From assembly GCA_009695285.1 (NCBI GenBank), contig SIBH01000030.1, positions 1 to 22,289 of the forward strand: 22,289 nt of DNA. The letters are read 5' to 3'. Below the pieces are notes generated by a model. That model had not been told where the DNA came from. It did no database searches and saw only the letters and a list, made by a program, of their open reading frames with translations. Shown piece after piece: positions 9,301 to 17,278 of this stretch (position 1 is the first letter of the stretch; the number at the start of each line of letters is the position of its first letter). Both the position numbers and the translations under genes were made by a program. This DNA is from Pedosphaera sp. (GTDB taxonomy: Bacteria > Verrucomicrobiota > Verrucomicrobiia > Limisphaerales > SIBH01).

Positions 9301-9831
9301 GATGATGAGCGGGAAGCCGATTTCCTTCGCGGTCTGCAACGCGTCAGCGCGGTCGCTGATGGGATTCTCGGTGCCGGGCAGGGTGGGGACGTGGAGCTTC
9401 TGCGCCAGCGCGCGGGCGGTGGTTTTGTCGCCCATCATGTCGAGTAGCTCGGGCTTCGGCCCGACAAAGGTGATGCCGGCCTTGGCGCAGGCGCGCGCGA
9501 ACTCGGCGTTCTCGGAGAGGAATCCGTAGCCGGGATGGATGAGATCGACGCCCTTCTCCTTGGCGAGCGCGACGATGCCGGGAATGTCGAGATACGCGCC
9601 GACCGGCCCCTTGCCCTCGCCGATCAGATAGGCCTCGTCCGCCTTGAAGCGGTGGACGGCGAGTCGGTCCTCCTGCGCGTAGATGGCGACGGTGCGGAGG
9701 CCAAGTTCGGTGGCGGCGCGGAACACGCGGATGGCGATTTCGCTGCGGTTGGCGACGAGCAGTTTTTTGAAAACGCGCGCGCCAGGCTGGGTGGTTTGGT
9801 CGGAACTTAGGTCGGTTTTGGTCGGACTCAT
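6328..9831 (-). CDS. pyc: Pyruvate carboxylase (1167 aa; biotin carboxylase, carboxyltransferase and biotinyl domains).
   Basis: The N-terminal biotin-carboxylase block is KKLLVANRSEIAIRVFRAATELG..GGGGRGMRVV. The central carboxyltransferase (HMGL-like) region contains LLRDAHQSL..FRGSNAVGY. The C-terminal biotinyl domain carries the EAMKMQ biotinylation motif. The length matches single-chain Pyc. Confidence 0.92.
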   Translation of the reverse strand: MSPTKTDLSSDQTTQPGARVFKKLLVANRSEIAIRVFRAATELGLRTVAIYAQEDRLAVHRFKADEAYLIGEGKGPVGAYLDIPGIVALAKEKGVDLIHPGYGFLSENAEFARACAKAGITFVGPKPELLDMMGDKTTARALAQKLHVPTLPGTENPISDRADALQTAKEIGFPLIIKAAFGGGGRGMRVVTKASDLADLLDEAQAEAGRAFGNSAVFLEKYIPRAKHIEVQVLGDKHGNMLHLHERDCSVQRRHQKVVEIAPSVGLDDHVRQELCLAAARLAQEIGYDNAGTVEFLYDLDRHEWFFIEMNPRIQVEHTVTEVITGIDLVRAQILIAQGHVMFGPAVGLPPQDQIPRQGFAVQSRITTEDPENKFTPDYGKILTYRSAGGFGVRLDGGMGYAGAVITPFYDSLLVKLTTSGQTFDIALQRMDRSLREFRIRGVKTNIPFLENLIANETFRTGQATTTLIDHTPELFAFTPRRDRATKLLNFIGDVIVNGNPHAKGHKPSGPAPHIKSPAYDHKAVPAKGTRQLLLELGPRKFAQWTLKQKRLLVTDTTFRDAHQSLMATRVRSYDMLAVADAVARRTPELFSLEMWGGATFDTSMRFLRDDPWQRLRLLRARVPNICFQMLFRGSNAVGYSNYPDNVVAGFVKHSAEAGMDIFRVFDSLNYLPNLKVAMEAVQDTHALCEAAICYTGDILDPKRSKYSLKYYVQLAKELERMGAHVLAIKDMAGLCRPYAAHLLVRTLKNATDLPIHFHTHDTSGVNSASILKASEAGVDIVDLAIASMSGSTSQPNLNSIVAALQHTPRATGLDLPALNEFSDYWEQVRELYQPFDTAPKTGSAEVYLHEMPGGQYTNLKEQAASMGLAQRWPEIARSYAEVNQLLGDIVKVTPSSKVVGDLALFLFTRGIKPDDVVNLEPGVTPFPNSVKDLLRGGLGQPLGGWPKAVQRVVLGKEKPLKGRPGANLPPLNLVAEKKSLAHKLKRDATDDDLYSHLMYPDVFAEFSKFCHQSGDVSILPTGAFFYGLKPGEEMSVEIEPGKTLFIRLISLGDVDKDGRRPVTFELNGVTRVTNIADQTAKVITKSRPKADPADPLQSAAPIPGIITSINTNVGAKVTKGDKLFTMEAMKMQTTIYAGTNGVVSEINVQVGENVESKDLLGKLRAV

Positions 9832-10008
9832 AATGCGGCGAAGTTTATAGAGAACGTCCGCGCGGATGGCAAATGGAGATGCGGGAAATCAGCGTGGGGG
9901 CGATATTCATGACTGTCCCGCATCAAAATTCTGGAACAAGCCGGGCGCTTCAGGCAGGTTGATCGTCGTTCCTCCCGCACCGGCAATCCCCGGACGAGGG
10001 CCGCCAGT
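9832..10008. promoter_or_regulatory. Divergent intergenic region that should hold the promoters of pyc (leftward) and of the metallophosphoesterase/GH42-like operon (rightward).
   Basis: A 177-bp non-coding gap lies between two divergently oriented start codons. No convincing -35/-10 boxes and no SD were found. Confidence 0.3.
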
Positions 10009-10827
10009 ATGTTTATGAAGAAACCTCCGCAGATGAACCGCCGGGTGGCGCTCCAAAACTTGAGCGCGGGCAGCCTGCTCGCCCTCGGACTCTGGCCCAG
10101 CGCGGCGCGCGCGGAGGGCAGGGGAGACTCGTTCCGTTTCCTGGTCATCAATGACACGCATTACCTGAGCGAGGCGTGCGGCGAGTGGCTGGCGGGCGTC
10201 GTCCGGCAGATGAAAAAGGAGAAGGCCGAGTTTTGCCTGCACGCCGGCGACCTCACCGAGTTCGGCCAGCAAAAACATCTCGGAGCCGTGCGCGAGGTTT
10301 TTCAAGGGCTGGGACTGCCCTTCCATCCCGTCATCGGCAACCACGATTACGCCACGCCAACCGACCGCAAGGGCTACGAGCAGGCGTTCCCGCAGCGGAT
10401 CAACTATCATTTCGAGAACGGCGGCTGGCAGTTCGTGGGCCTTGATTCCAGCGACGGGCAGAACTACGAGAAGACGAAAATCCAGCCGGCGACCTTCGCC
10501 TGGCTCGACGACCATTTGAAAAAGCTGGACCAGAAAAAGCCTACCGCCATCGTGACCCATTTCCCGCTGGGCGAAGGCGTGACCTACCGCCCGAAGAACG
10601 CCGACGACCTGCTCGATCGTTTCCGGGAGTTTAATTTGCAGGCGGTCTTCTCCGGCCACTTTCACGGCTTCACCGAGCGCCAGCGCGGCGGGGCGACGCT
10701 GACCACCAATCGTTGCTGCGCCTTGAAGCGCGCCAATCACGACCAGACCACGGAGAAGGGCTACTTCGTCTGCACGGCCCGCGACGGCCGGATCACCCGT
10801 GAGTTTGTGGAGTATAAGCCCGCTTGA
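10009..10827 (+). CDS. Tat-exported metallophosphoesterase (calcineurin-like phosphoesterase).
   Basis: The twin-arginine signal is MNRRVALQNLSAGSLLALGLWPSAARA. The metallophosphoesterase motifs DTHY, GDLTE, GNHD and GHFHG are in canonical order. The true start may instead be M3 or M9 (10015 or 10033). Confidence 0.8.
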   Translation: MFMKKPPQMNRRVALQNLSAGSLLALGLWPSAARAEGRGDSFRFLVINDTHYLSEACGEWLAGVVRQMKKEKAEFCLHAGDLTEFGQQKHLGAVREVFQGLGLPFHPVIGNHDYATPTDRKGYEQAFPQRINYHFENGGWQFVGLDSSDGQNYEKTKIQPATFAWLDDHLKKLDQKKPTAIVTHFPLGEGVTYRPKNADDLLDRFREFNLQAVFSGHFHGFTERQRGGATLTTNRCCALKRANHDQTTEKGYFVCTARDGRITREFVEYKPA

Positions 10828-10859
10828 GCATGAGCATTTTCCGCGCACCGGCCAGCCAC

Positions 10860-13022
10860 ATGAGAAAACTTCCTGGCAGATTCTTCTTCGTCGCGTGGCT
10901 GCTCACGTTTGCCTGCTCCCCGCTTCCCGCCGCCGTCACCGACCAGTTCCGCCCCTGGACCGAATACAAAACCATCCTGTGGATCGGCGACACCGCCTAC
11001 AAAAAGCCGGAGAAGGTCCCGCTCTTTTTTCAGCGCCTGCGCGAGATGGGCGTCAACACCGCCATGGTCCACGGCGACGGCAACCTCCAGCCGCTGCTGG
11101 AAAACAAATTTCCCTACTACGTCGAGAACATGGTCAACCGCGGGCTGTGCCTGAAGTGGAGTTCCAAGGTCACGGACTGGGACAAGTTCGTGACGGTCTG
11201 GGCGAAGAGCGGCCGGCCCGACGCCGCGCTCGTGCGCGACTACTGCCTGGACGACCCGCAGTGGCGCGGTTGGGCGCGCAAGGAAATGCAGTCGCTCGTC
11301 CGCAAAAACATGGCCAACGCCCCGCTCGCCTACGACATCCGCGACGAGCTTTCCACGACCGTATCCGCGAACCCGTTCGACTACGATTTCCATCCCATCA
11401 CGCTGGCGAAATTTCGCGCCTGGCTGAAGACGCAATACCCCGACCTCGCCGCGCTCAACGCCGGCTGGGAAACGAAGTTCGCGACCTGGGACGCGGTGAG
11501 GCCGTTTACCACCGACCAGATCAAGAACCGCATGGCCAGCGGCGACGCCCTGCCGCGCGGCCAACCGGACTGGCAGGCGGTGCAGAGCATCAAGTTCAAT
11601 CCCACCACGGCGCGGCAGAGTCCGACGCGCTGGAATTTCGCGCCGTGGTGCGACTTCCGCACCTACATGGACATTTCGCTGGCGGGCGCGCTGGACGACC
11701 TGCGCCAGGCCGCGCACGCCCTTGATCCGCGCACGCCCGTCGGCATTGAAGGCACGCAGATGCCGAGCGCGTTTGGCGGCTACGATCTGTGGCGTCTGTC
11801 GCAGGTGCTCGACTGGGTGGAGCCGTATGACATCGCCAACGCGCGGGAAATTTTCGGCTCGTTCATGCCCGGCCGGCCCATGATGACGACCGTCGGCGAA
11901 AGCGACCCGAACCACGCGCGCCGCCGGCTCTGGCATTTGCTCCTCGAAGGCGACCGCGGCTGCATCGTCTGGTGGAGCGAGGATTGCATCAACTGGAAGA
12001 GCGACGACTACGCGCTGACCGCCAAAGGCAGGGCGCTCGCGCCGGTGCTCAAGGAGATGACTTCGCCGCTCGCGCAAATTTTTCTGCGCGCGACCCGCGA
12101 GCGGGACCCGGTCTTCATTCACTATTCGCAGCCGAGCATCCAGGTGGACTGGCTACTGGAGTCCACCTTGGACGGCTCGACGTGGCTGCGCCGCTTCTCC
12201 AGCTTCGAGGCGGAGCACAACCGCATGGCGAAGGTGCGGAACAGTTGGCTGAAGGCGTTTCAGGATTTGGGATATTCGCCGCAGTTTGTTTCAAGCGTGC
12301 AACTCGAACGTGACGCCCTGCTCGCGAACCAAAACGGCGTGCTGGTGTTGCCGCAGTCCTATGCGCTCTCGGGGAAGGAGGTCGCCGCCATCCGGCAGTT
12401 CGCGCAGTTCACCCAGCAGCGCGAGATCGCCCATGTAATTTACGCGGACGGCACGCCGGGATTGTTCGATGAGCATGGACGGCTGCGCGTCCGCAATGAG
12501 TTGGAGGATTTGTTTCCTCCCAGCCTCTCGGTGGACGCGAGCCGGGTGGTGCTGGCCAACAGCACCGCCCAGCCCGCGCGTGCGGGGGACATCGCGCGCT
12601 TCGGCCGGGATCGCGTGCAGCCGGGCGCGAACGAGGACTGGACGGGGTGGATTCAGAAGCACACCCGCCATCTGGCGCCACCCGTGACCTTGCCCGTCGA
12701 AGCCCGGACGCGCATCCACCGTTACCAGTTCGGCACCGCCCGCCTCGTCGCCTTTGAGCGCAATGTAAATTACCAGATGAGCGAAAACCTCAAGCAGGCG
12801 GGCGGAAACGAAACCCTCGAAAAGCCCATTGACCTCGAGGCGAAGCTGGCGCAACCCGCGCACGTCTATGATCTGCGGACACAAACTTACCTGGGCCGCA
12901 CCGACAAAATCAACTTCCACCTCGACCCGTGGCAGCCGTCCCTCTTCGCGCTGCTGCCGGAAAAAATTCCCGCCGACAACCTCATCTCCACCTTGCAACA
13001 GGCCGCCGGTCGCCAGCCGTAG
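10860..13022 (+). CDS. Putative exported glycoside hydrolase of GH42-like (beta-galactosidase-type) fold.
   Basis: The ORF-track frame 10824..13022 is 2 nt downstream of the preceding stop. The start was chosen at the ATG that gives the signal peptide MRKLPGRFFFVAWLLTFA; an ATG at 10830 is the alternative. The motif KFRAWLKTQYPDLAALNAGWETKFATW matches the conserved GH42 FRxWLxxxYGxxxALNxAWGTxFWS block. A candidate acid/base Glu lies in YDIRDELS ~25 aa upstream of that block, as in GH42. The family assignment is not certain. Confidence 0.55.
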   Translation: MRKLPGRFFFVAWLLTFACSPLPAAVTDQFRPWTEYKTILWIGDTAYKKPEKVPLFFQRLREMGVNTAMVHGDGNLQPLLENKFPYYVENMVNRGLCLKWSSKVTDWDKFVTVWAKSGRPDAALVRDYCLDDPQWRGWARKEMQSLVRKNMANAPLAYDIRDELSTTVSANPFDYDFHPITLAKFRAWLKTQYPDLAALNAGWETKFATWDAVRPFTTDQIKNRMASGDALPRGQPDWQAVQSIKFNPTTARQSPTRWNFAPWCDFRTYMDISLAGALDDLRQAAHALDPRTPVGIEGTQMPSAFGGYDLWRLSQVLDWVEPYDIANAREIFGSFMPGRPMMTTVGESDPNHARRRLWHLLLEGDRGCIVWWSEDCINWKSDDYALTAKGRALAPVLKEMTSPLAQIFLRATRERDPVFIHYSQPSIQVDWLLESTLDGSTWLRRFSSFEAEHNRMAKVRNSWLKAFQDLGYSPQFVSSVQLERDALLANQNGVLVLPQSYALSGKEVAAIRQFAQFTQQREIAHVIYADGTPGLFDEHGRLRVRNELEDLFPPSLSVDASRVVLANSTAQPARAGDIARFGRDRVQPGANEDWTGWIQKHTRHLAPPVTLPVEARTRIHRYQFGTARLVAFERNVNYQMSENLKQAGGNETLEKPIDLEAKLAQPAHVYDLRTQTYLGRTDKINFHLDPWQPSLFALLPEKIPADNLISTLQQAAGRQP

Positions 13023-13161
13023 CCTACGATGGAGACACGGTGCAAGCGCGTGGCGGCGACGCGGCACGCCCAGCGACATCCGCAGCGACGGCAGCATGGG
13101 CCGGCGCAAGGAACGGGAGATTGACGCCGTCATGGCCCGCAAGTAACGATTGCCCGCCGCT

Positions 13162-14967
13162 ATGGCTGGACTGATCGCCCCCACAACGCTCGAGCAAATC
13201 CGCGCCGCCAGTGACATCGTGGATGTCATCGGCGCCTACGTGCCGCTCAAACGCGCCGGCGCGAACTTCACCGCCCTCTGCCCATTTCACCGGGAAAAGT
13301 CCCCCAGCTTCAACGTCAATCCGCACAAGCAGATCTATTACTGCTTCGGCTGCCACAAGGGCGGCGACGTCTTCTCCTTTGTTAAGGAATACGAAAACAT
13401 CACCTTCGTCGATGCCGTCAAGCGCCTGGCCGAGCGGGCCAACATCGCGCTCGAATTCGACAACAACCCCGGCGCGCAGCAGGCCAAGCATCTCAAGGAA
13501 TCGCTCTGGCAGATTCACGAACAGATCTGCCAGCGCTGGCAGGCCTGTCTCGCCAACGAGGCCGCCGGCCAACTCGCGCGTGACTACCTGCAAAAGCGCG
13601 GCGTTTCCGACGAGGCGGTGAAACTCTTCCGTCTCGGGGCCGCGCCCGACGCCTGGGACGACACCGTGAACTGGGCGAAAAGCAAAGGCCACGACATCGG
13701 CCTGATGGAGCAGTCCGGTTTGATTGTGAAAAAGGAGGAGACCGGCCGCCACTACGACCGGTTTCGCGGACGCCTGATGTTTCCGATCTGCGACGAGCAG
13801 GCCCGCGTCATCGGCTTCAGCGGGCGCATCCTCGCCGGCGACGAGAAAACCGCCAAGTATGTCAACTCCCCCGAGACGCCGATCTTCTCCAAGGGAAAAG
13901 TTTTCTTCGGCCTCGACAAGTCGAAGCGCGCGCTGCTCGACGCCGGGGTCGCCGTGGTCTGCGAGGGCCAGCTCGATTTGATCGCCTGCTACATGGGCGG
14001 GGTGCAGAACATCGTCGCGCCGCAGGGCACCGCGCTCACGGCCGATCACGCGCGCATTTTGAAACGCTACGTCGAGGAGGTCGTGCTCTGTTTCGACGCC
14101 GACAACGCCGGGCAGAACGCGGCGGTCCGCTCGCTCGACAGCCTGCTTTCCGCCGGCCTGGCCATTCGCGTGGCCAGTGTGCCGTCCGGCAAGGACCCCG
14201 ACCAGTTCATCAAGGAAAGCGGCGGCCCCGCCTTCCAGCAGTTGATCGAAGGCGCCGAGGGTTTTTTCGATTTCTATTTGAAACGGCTCTGCGCGACCAA
14301 CGACCCCGCGACCGACCGCGGCCGGCTCGCCGTGCTTCGCGAATTCGGCGAGGCCCTGCACAAGACGCGCAACGCCGTGCTCATCGACAAGTACGCGCAG
14401 AAGACCGCGCTGCGGCTGGGCGTCTCAGCCGAGGCGGTGCGCGCGGAATTCAAGAAGGCGACGAAGCCCGTCGAGGAGCGCGAGGCGGACGAGCCGATGC
14501 CGGAGGAGGAATCCGTCGCGCCGCCCTCGCCGCATGAAGAGCAGCTCTTGAAACTTTTGCTGGCCGGTGACGAGCACGTCGAGTGGATCGCCGCGCACTT
14601 GCAGACGGACTGGCTTTCCCATCCGATCGCCCGCCGGATCATCACGCGCCGGCTGGACGCGCAGTCGTCCGGCCGCTGGCCGGGAGCGGCCGCGTTTCTC
14701 TCCGAGTTTCAAGACGACCCCGCCGCGCAGCAATTGCTCTCGCGCACGCTGGCCGACAGCCGGAAAATTCCGAACCCCGAGCAGCAGTGCGCCGACATCG
14801 TGCTGAGCCTCCGCAACCAGTCGATCTCCCGCGAGATGGCCGCGCTCACGCAGCGGCTCTCGCAGCCGGAGGCGGGGGACGCGGAGCGCGCCGAATTGTT
14901 TGCCCGGCAGCAGCGGCTGCGCAGGCAGAGGAGCGCGCCGCTGGTGCCGCTGGCGGATGAATTGTAG
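13162..14967 (+). CDS. dnaG: DNA primase DnaG.
   Basis: The start MAGLIAPTTLEQIRAASDIVDVI parallels E. coli DnaG MAGRIPRVFINDL..DIVDLI. The CHC2 zinc-finger motif is CPFHREKSPSFNVNPHKQIYYCFGCHKGGDVF. The Toprim motifs are VVCEGQLDLIA and FDADNAGQNA. The ATG at 13162 is preferred over the TTG at 13150. Confidence 0.9.
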   Translation: MAGLIAPTTLEQIRAASDIVDVIGAYVPLKRAGANFTALCPFHREKSPSFNVNPHKQIYYCFGCHKGGDVFSFVKEYENITFVDAVKRLAERANIALEFDNNPGAQQAKHLKESLWQIHEQICQRWQACLANEAAGQLARDYLQKRGVSDEAVKLFRLGAAPDAWDDTVNWAKSKGHDIGLMEQSGLIVKKEETGRHYDRFRGRLMFPICDEQARVIGFSGRILAGDEKTAKYVNSPETPIFSKGKVFFGLDKSKRALLDAGVAVVCEGQLDLIACYMGGVQNIVAPQGTALTADHARILKRYVEEVVLCFDADNAGQNAAVRSLDSLLSAGLAIRVASVPSGKDPDQFIKESGGPAFQQLIEGAEGFFDFYLKRLCATNDPATDRGRLAVLREFGEALHKTRNAVLIDKYAQKTALRLGVSAEAVRAEFKKATKPVEEREADEPMPEEESVAPPSPHEEQLLKLLLAGDEHVEWIAAHLQTDWLSHPIARRIITRRLDAQSSGRWPGAAAFLSEFQDDPAAQQLLSRTLADSRKIPNPEQQCADIVLSLRNQSISREMAALTQRLSQPEAGDAERAELFARQQRLRRQRSAPLVPLADEL

Positions 14968-15005
14968 GGGCGTGCTTTCGCCTGGGGACGGGCAGTTCCA
15001 GCTGG

Positions 15006-16529
15006 TCAGCCCTTCGGCTCATCCTTCCCCATCGCCTTCCTGATGGCGGGGACTTGTTCCAGCAACTTCTCGAACTTCACGCCGGTCAGGCTCTCCAGCA
15101 CGGGCGGCAACTGCGCGATGATCTGCGTCACGTCGCCGGTCAGCTTGCTCGCGCCGCCGCCAGGGCCGTTGCCGGAATTGATGATGACGATCTTCTCGGT
15201 CTTCGACAACGGCTCGCTGATCTTGCCGGCCACTTCCGGCAGCACGCGTACGATCATCTCGATGACAGCGGCCTCGTTGTATTGCTTGAAGGACTCGGCC
15301 TTGGCCTGCATCGCGGAGGCGGTCGCCTTGCCCTGGGCCTCGATGACGGAGGCTTCGGCCAGACCACGCGCCTTGTTGGCATCGGCTTCGGCGAGACCGG
15401 TGGCTTTGACGACATCGGCGGCGGCAAAACCGGTGGCCTTGGTGGCGGCGGCGGCACCGGCGGCTTCGGCTTCGAGCTGGAATTTTTTCGCGTTGGCGAG
15501 GGTCTCGACTTTGTAGCGCTCGGCGTCGGCGGGCTTCTGGACGTTGGCCTCCAGCTCGCGCTGTTTGCGTTTGATTTCCTGCTCCTGCAACTCGATCTGT
15601 TTTTGCTTCTCAATGATCTGCACCTGCACTTCTTCGGCTTTCACGAGTTGGCCGGTCTTGAACTTCTGCAAATCATAGGCGAGGTCGGACTCGGCTTTCT
15701 TCTGGTTCACCGTGGCCTGGTATTGCGCGACGTTCGACTGGTAGTCGCGCTGGGCCTCCGCAATTTTCGAATCGGCGGCAAATTTGGCCTCCTGTCCGGC
15801 TTGCGTGGCTTGGGAGGATTTGATCATCGCGTCGCGGTCGGCTTCGGCCTGGGCGATCTGGGCATCGCGTTTGACCTGGGCGATGCGCGGCTTGCCGAGG
15901 GCGTCGAGGTAGCCCTGCGTGTCGCGGATGTCGCGGATGGTGAAGCTGACGATGCCGAGGCCCATGTTGGCCATGTCACCGGCGGCGACTTCCTGCACCT
16001 TGGCGGCGAAGGCGTCGCGGTTCTGGTAAATCTCCTCGACGGTCATCGTGCCGAGAATCGCGCGGAGATGGCCTTCCATCGTCTGCATCGCGATGTTCAT
16101 GATCGCGGCGGTGTTCTTACTCAAGAACTGTTCGGCGGCGGTGGCGATGGAGATGTCGTCGCCCTTGACCTTGATCTGCGCGACGCCATCGACCTTCACC
16201 GGCACGCCCTTGCTGGTGTAAACCTCCGGCGTCTGCACGTCGATGGTCAGCAGTTCGAGCGAGAGGATGTCCACCTTTTCCACGACCGGGACGACGAACG
16301 TGCCGCCGCCCTTGACGATGCGGAAGCCCCGCTCGCGCTCGATGCCGTCGGGGTCGATGACCTTTTTCTTGCGGCCGGAAACGATGAGCACCTCGTTGGG
16401 GCCGACCTTGGTGTAGCGGCTGGCCCAGGTGATGATGAAAACGAAGATGACGAAGAGAATGCCGACGGTGACCAGAGCGGCGACGCCCATGCTGCCGATG
16501 TCGAAGGCGAGAAGCGGATTAAGTTTCAT
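15006..16529 (-). CDS. Flotillin-family SPFH/Band-7 protein (YqiK/FloT-like).
   Basis: The protein has an N-terminal TM helix and an SPFH domain, followed by a long coiled-coil region rich in Ala/Glu/Gln repeats (EAEAAGAAAATKATGFAAAD..). This is typical of bacterial flotillins. The gene is co-oriented with NfeD and lies 32 nt downstream of it. Confidence 0.88.
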   Translation of the reverse strand: MKLNPLLAFDIGSMGVAALVTVGILFVIFVFIITWASRYTKVGPNEVLIVSGRKKKVIDPDGIERERGFRIVKGGGTFVVPVVEKVDILSLELLTIDVQTPEVYTSKGVPVKVDGVAQIKVKGDDISIATAAEQFLSKNTAAIMNIAMQTMEGHLRAILGTMTVEEIYQNRDAFAAKVQEVAAGDMANMGLGIVSFTIRDIRDTQGYLDALGKPRIAQVKRDAQIAQAEADRDAMIKSSQATQAGQEAKFAADSKIAEAQRDYQSNVAQYQATVNQKKAESDLAYDLQKFKTGQLVKAEEVQVQIIEKQKQIELQEQEIKRKQRELEANVQKPADAERYKVETLANAKKFQLEAEAAGAAAATKATGFAAADVVKATGLAEADANKARGLAEASVIEAQGKATASAMQAKAESFKQYNEAAVIEMIVRVLPEVAGKISEPLSKTEKIVIINSGNGPGGGASKLTGDVTQIIAQLPPVLESLTGVKFEKLLEQVPAIRKAMGKDEPKG

Positions 16530-16561
16530 GGTTTTTGATTTTAGGGTTGGGGAAATTTCGG

Positions 16562-17113
16562 TCAGGTCGCGACGACGTAGAACTGCGAACCGACGACCCG
16601 GGTGATTTTGACGGTGCGCCCGTTGGCGATGGCGGCTCCATTTTCCTCGCGGGCCGGTGCGGTGTAGCGGGTGCCGCCTTGCACGTAGGCGATTTCACCG
16701 ACGGCCCCGGCGGGAATCGGCGTGATGACGCTGGCGGTCTGCCCGGTCAGGGACGCGACCTGCGATTCGCTGGAGCTTTGCGTGGCGCGAAAGATGGACC
16801 GGAACAACATCAGCACGCCGGCGGCGATGATGAAGCCGCCGAGCAAGGACAGCGGCGCGCTGATCCACGGGCTGCTGGTGGCCTCGATCTTGGAGAACAC
16901 CATGCCCAACCCGCCGAAGGCCGTGATGAATGAGGCGATGATGGTGGGGCTGAGCGGGGAAAACCCCGGCATATCGTGCCCGTCCGCCCCGGCTCCAACG
17001 TCGGCGTGGACGTCCGCGTCGTGCCCGCCGCCGAAGAGATGCGACGCGAGCGCGCTGATGAGGGTGAACAAAAGTCCGACTCCGAAGCAGACGAGGTAAA
17101 CGAGAAAGGTCAT
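16562..17113 (-). CDS. NfeD-family membrane protein (short YuaF/YqiJ-like form), the flotillin partner.
   Basis: Hydrophobic helices are followed by a C-terminal beta-rich OB-like segment (GAVGEIAYVQGGTRYTAPAREENGAAIANGRTVKITRVVGSQFYVV). The position immediately upstream of the flotillin gene is the canonical nfeD-flotillin operon order. Confidence 0.8.
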   Translation of the reverse strand: MTFLVYLVCFGVGLLFTLISALASHLFGGGHDADVHADVGAGADGHDMPGFSPLSPTIIASFITAFGGLGMVFSKIEATSSPWISAPLSLLGGFIIAAGVLMLFRSIFRATQSSSESQVASLTGQTASVITPIPAGAVGEIAYVQGGTRYTAPAREENGAAIANGRTVKITRVVGSQFYVVAT

Positions 17114-17220
17114 GGCTTGGCTTGGTTTCTGTTGGCGTTAGTTAATGGTACGGTGGTCATTCCAGCAAGCACGAAAGGAGAAGCATAAACCAGTTGCAAT
17201 CGAGTTCATCCCAAAGCCGG
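17114..17220 (-). promoter_or_regulatory. Likely promoter and leader of the nfeD-flotillin operon.
   Basis: A 107-bp non-coding gap lies between the upstream terminator and the nfeD ATG. There is no SD. No strong sigma-70 consensus was found; a weak candidate is TTGCTG-17nt-TTAACT. Confidence 0.2.
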
Positions 17221-17246
17221 GGCAAAACCCGCCACCGCGGCGGGGC
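17221..17246 (-). terminator. Rho-independent terminator ending the TPR/DUF2203/remnant operon before nfeD. In minus sense it reads CCCGCC-gcggu-GGCGGG-UUUUG.
   Basis: A 6-bp all-GC stem (plus-strand cccgcc at ~17228-17233 pairing with ggcggg at ~17239-17244) has a 5-nt loop and is followed on the transcribed strand by UUUUG. It sits 35 nt 3' of the stop at 17279-17281. Confidence 0.5.
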
Positions 17247-17278
17247 TTTCGGAGACATATTTGTTTACGTCAAAGTTT

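Noticed and set aside
6067-9447. Plus-strand ORFs 6067..7707 and 7774..9447
   Set aside because: Antisense to pyruvate carboxylase. The composition is GGVA-rich and no motifs are present.
10761-14361. Minus-strand ORFs 10761..12122, 12291..13229 and 13024..14361, and plus-strand ORF 10799..11725
   Set aside because: They are antisense or out-of-frame relative to the phosphoesterase, GH42-like and dnaG genes. They are Arg/Pro-rich and lack motifs.
14968-15005. Possible bidirectional terminator between the convergent dnaG and flotillin genes
   Set aside because: Only 3-4-bp stems and an unlooped palindrome (ccagctgg) are present. There is no U-tract on either strand.
15054-16538. Plus-strand ORF of 494 aa
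   Set aside because: Antisense shadow of the flotillin gene.
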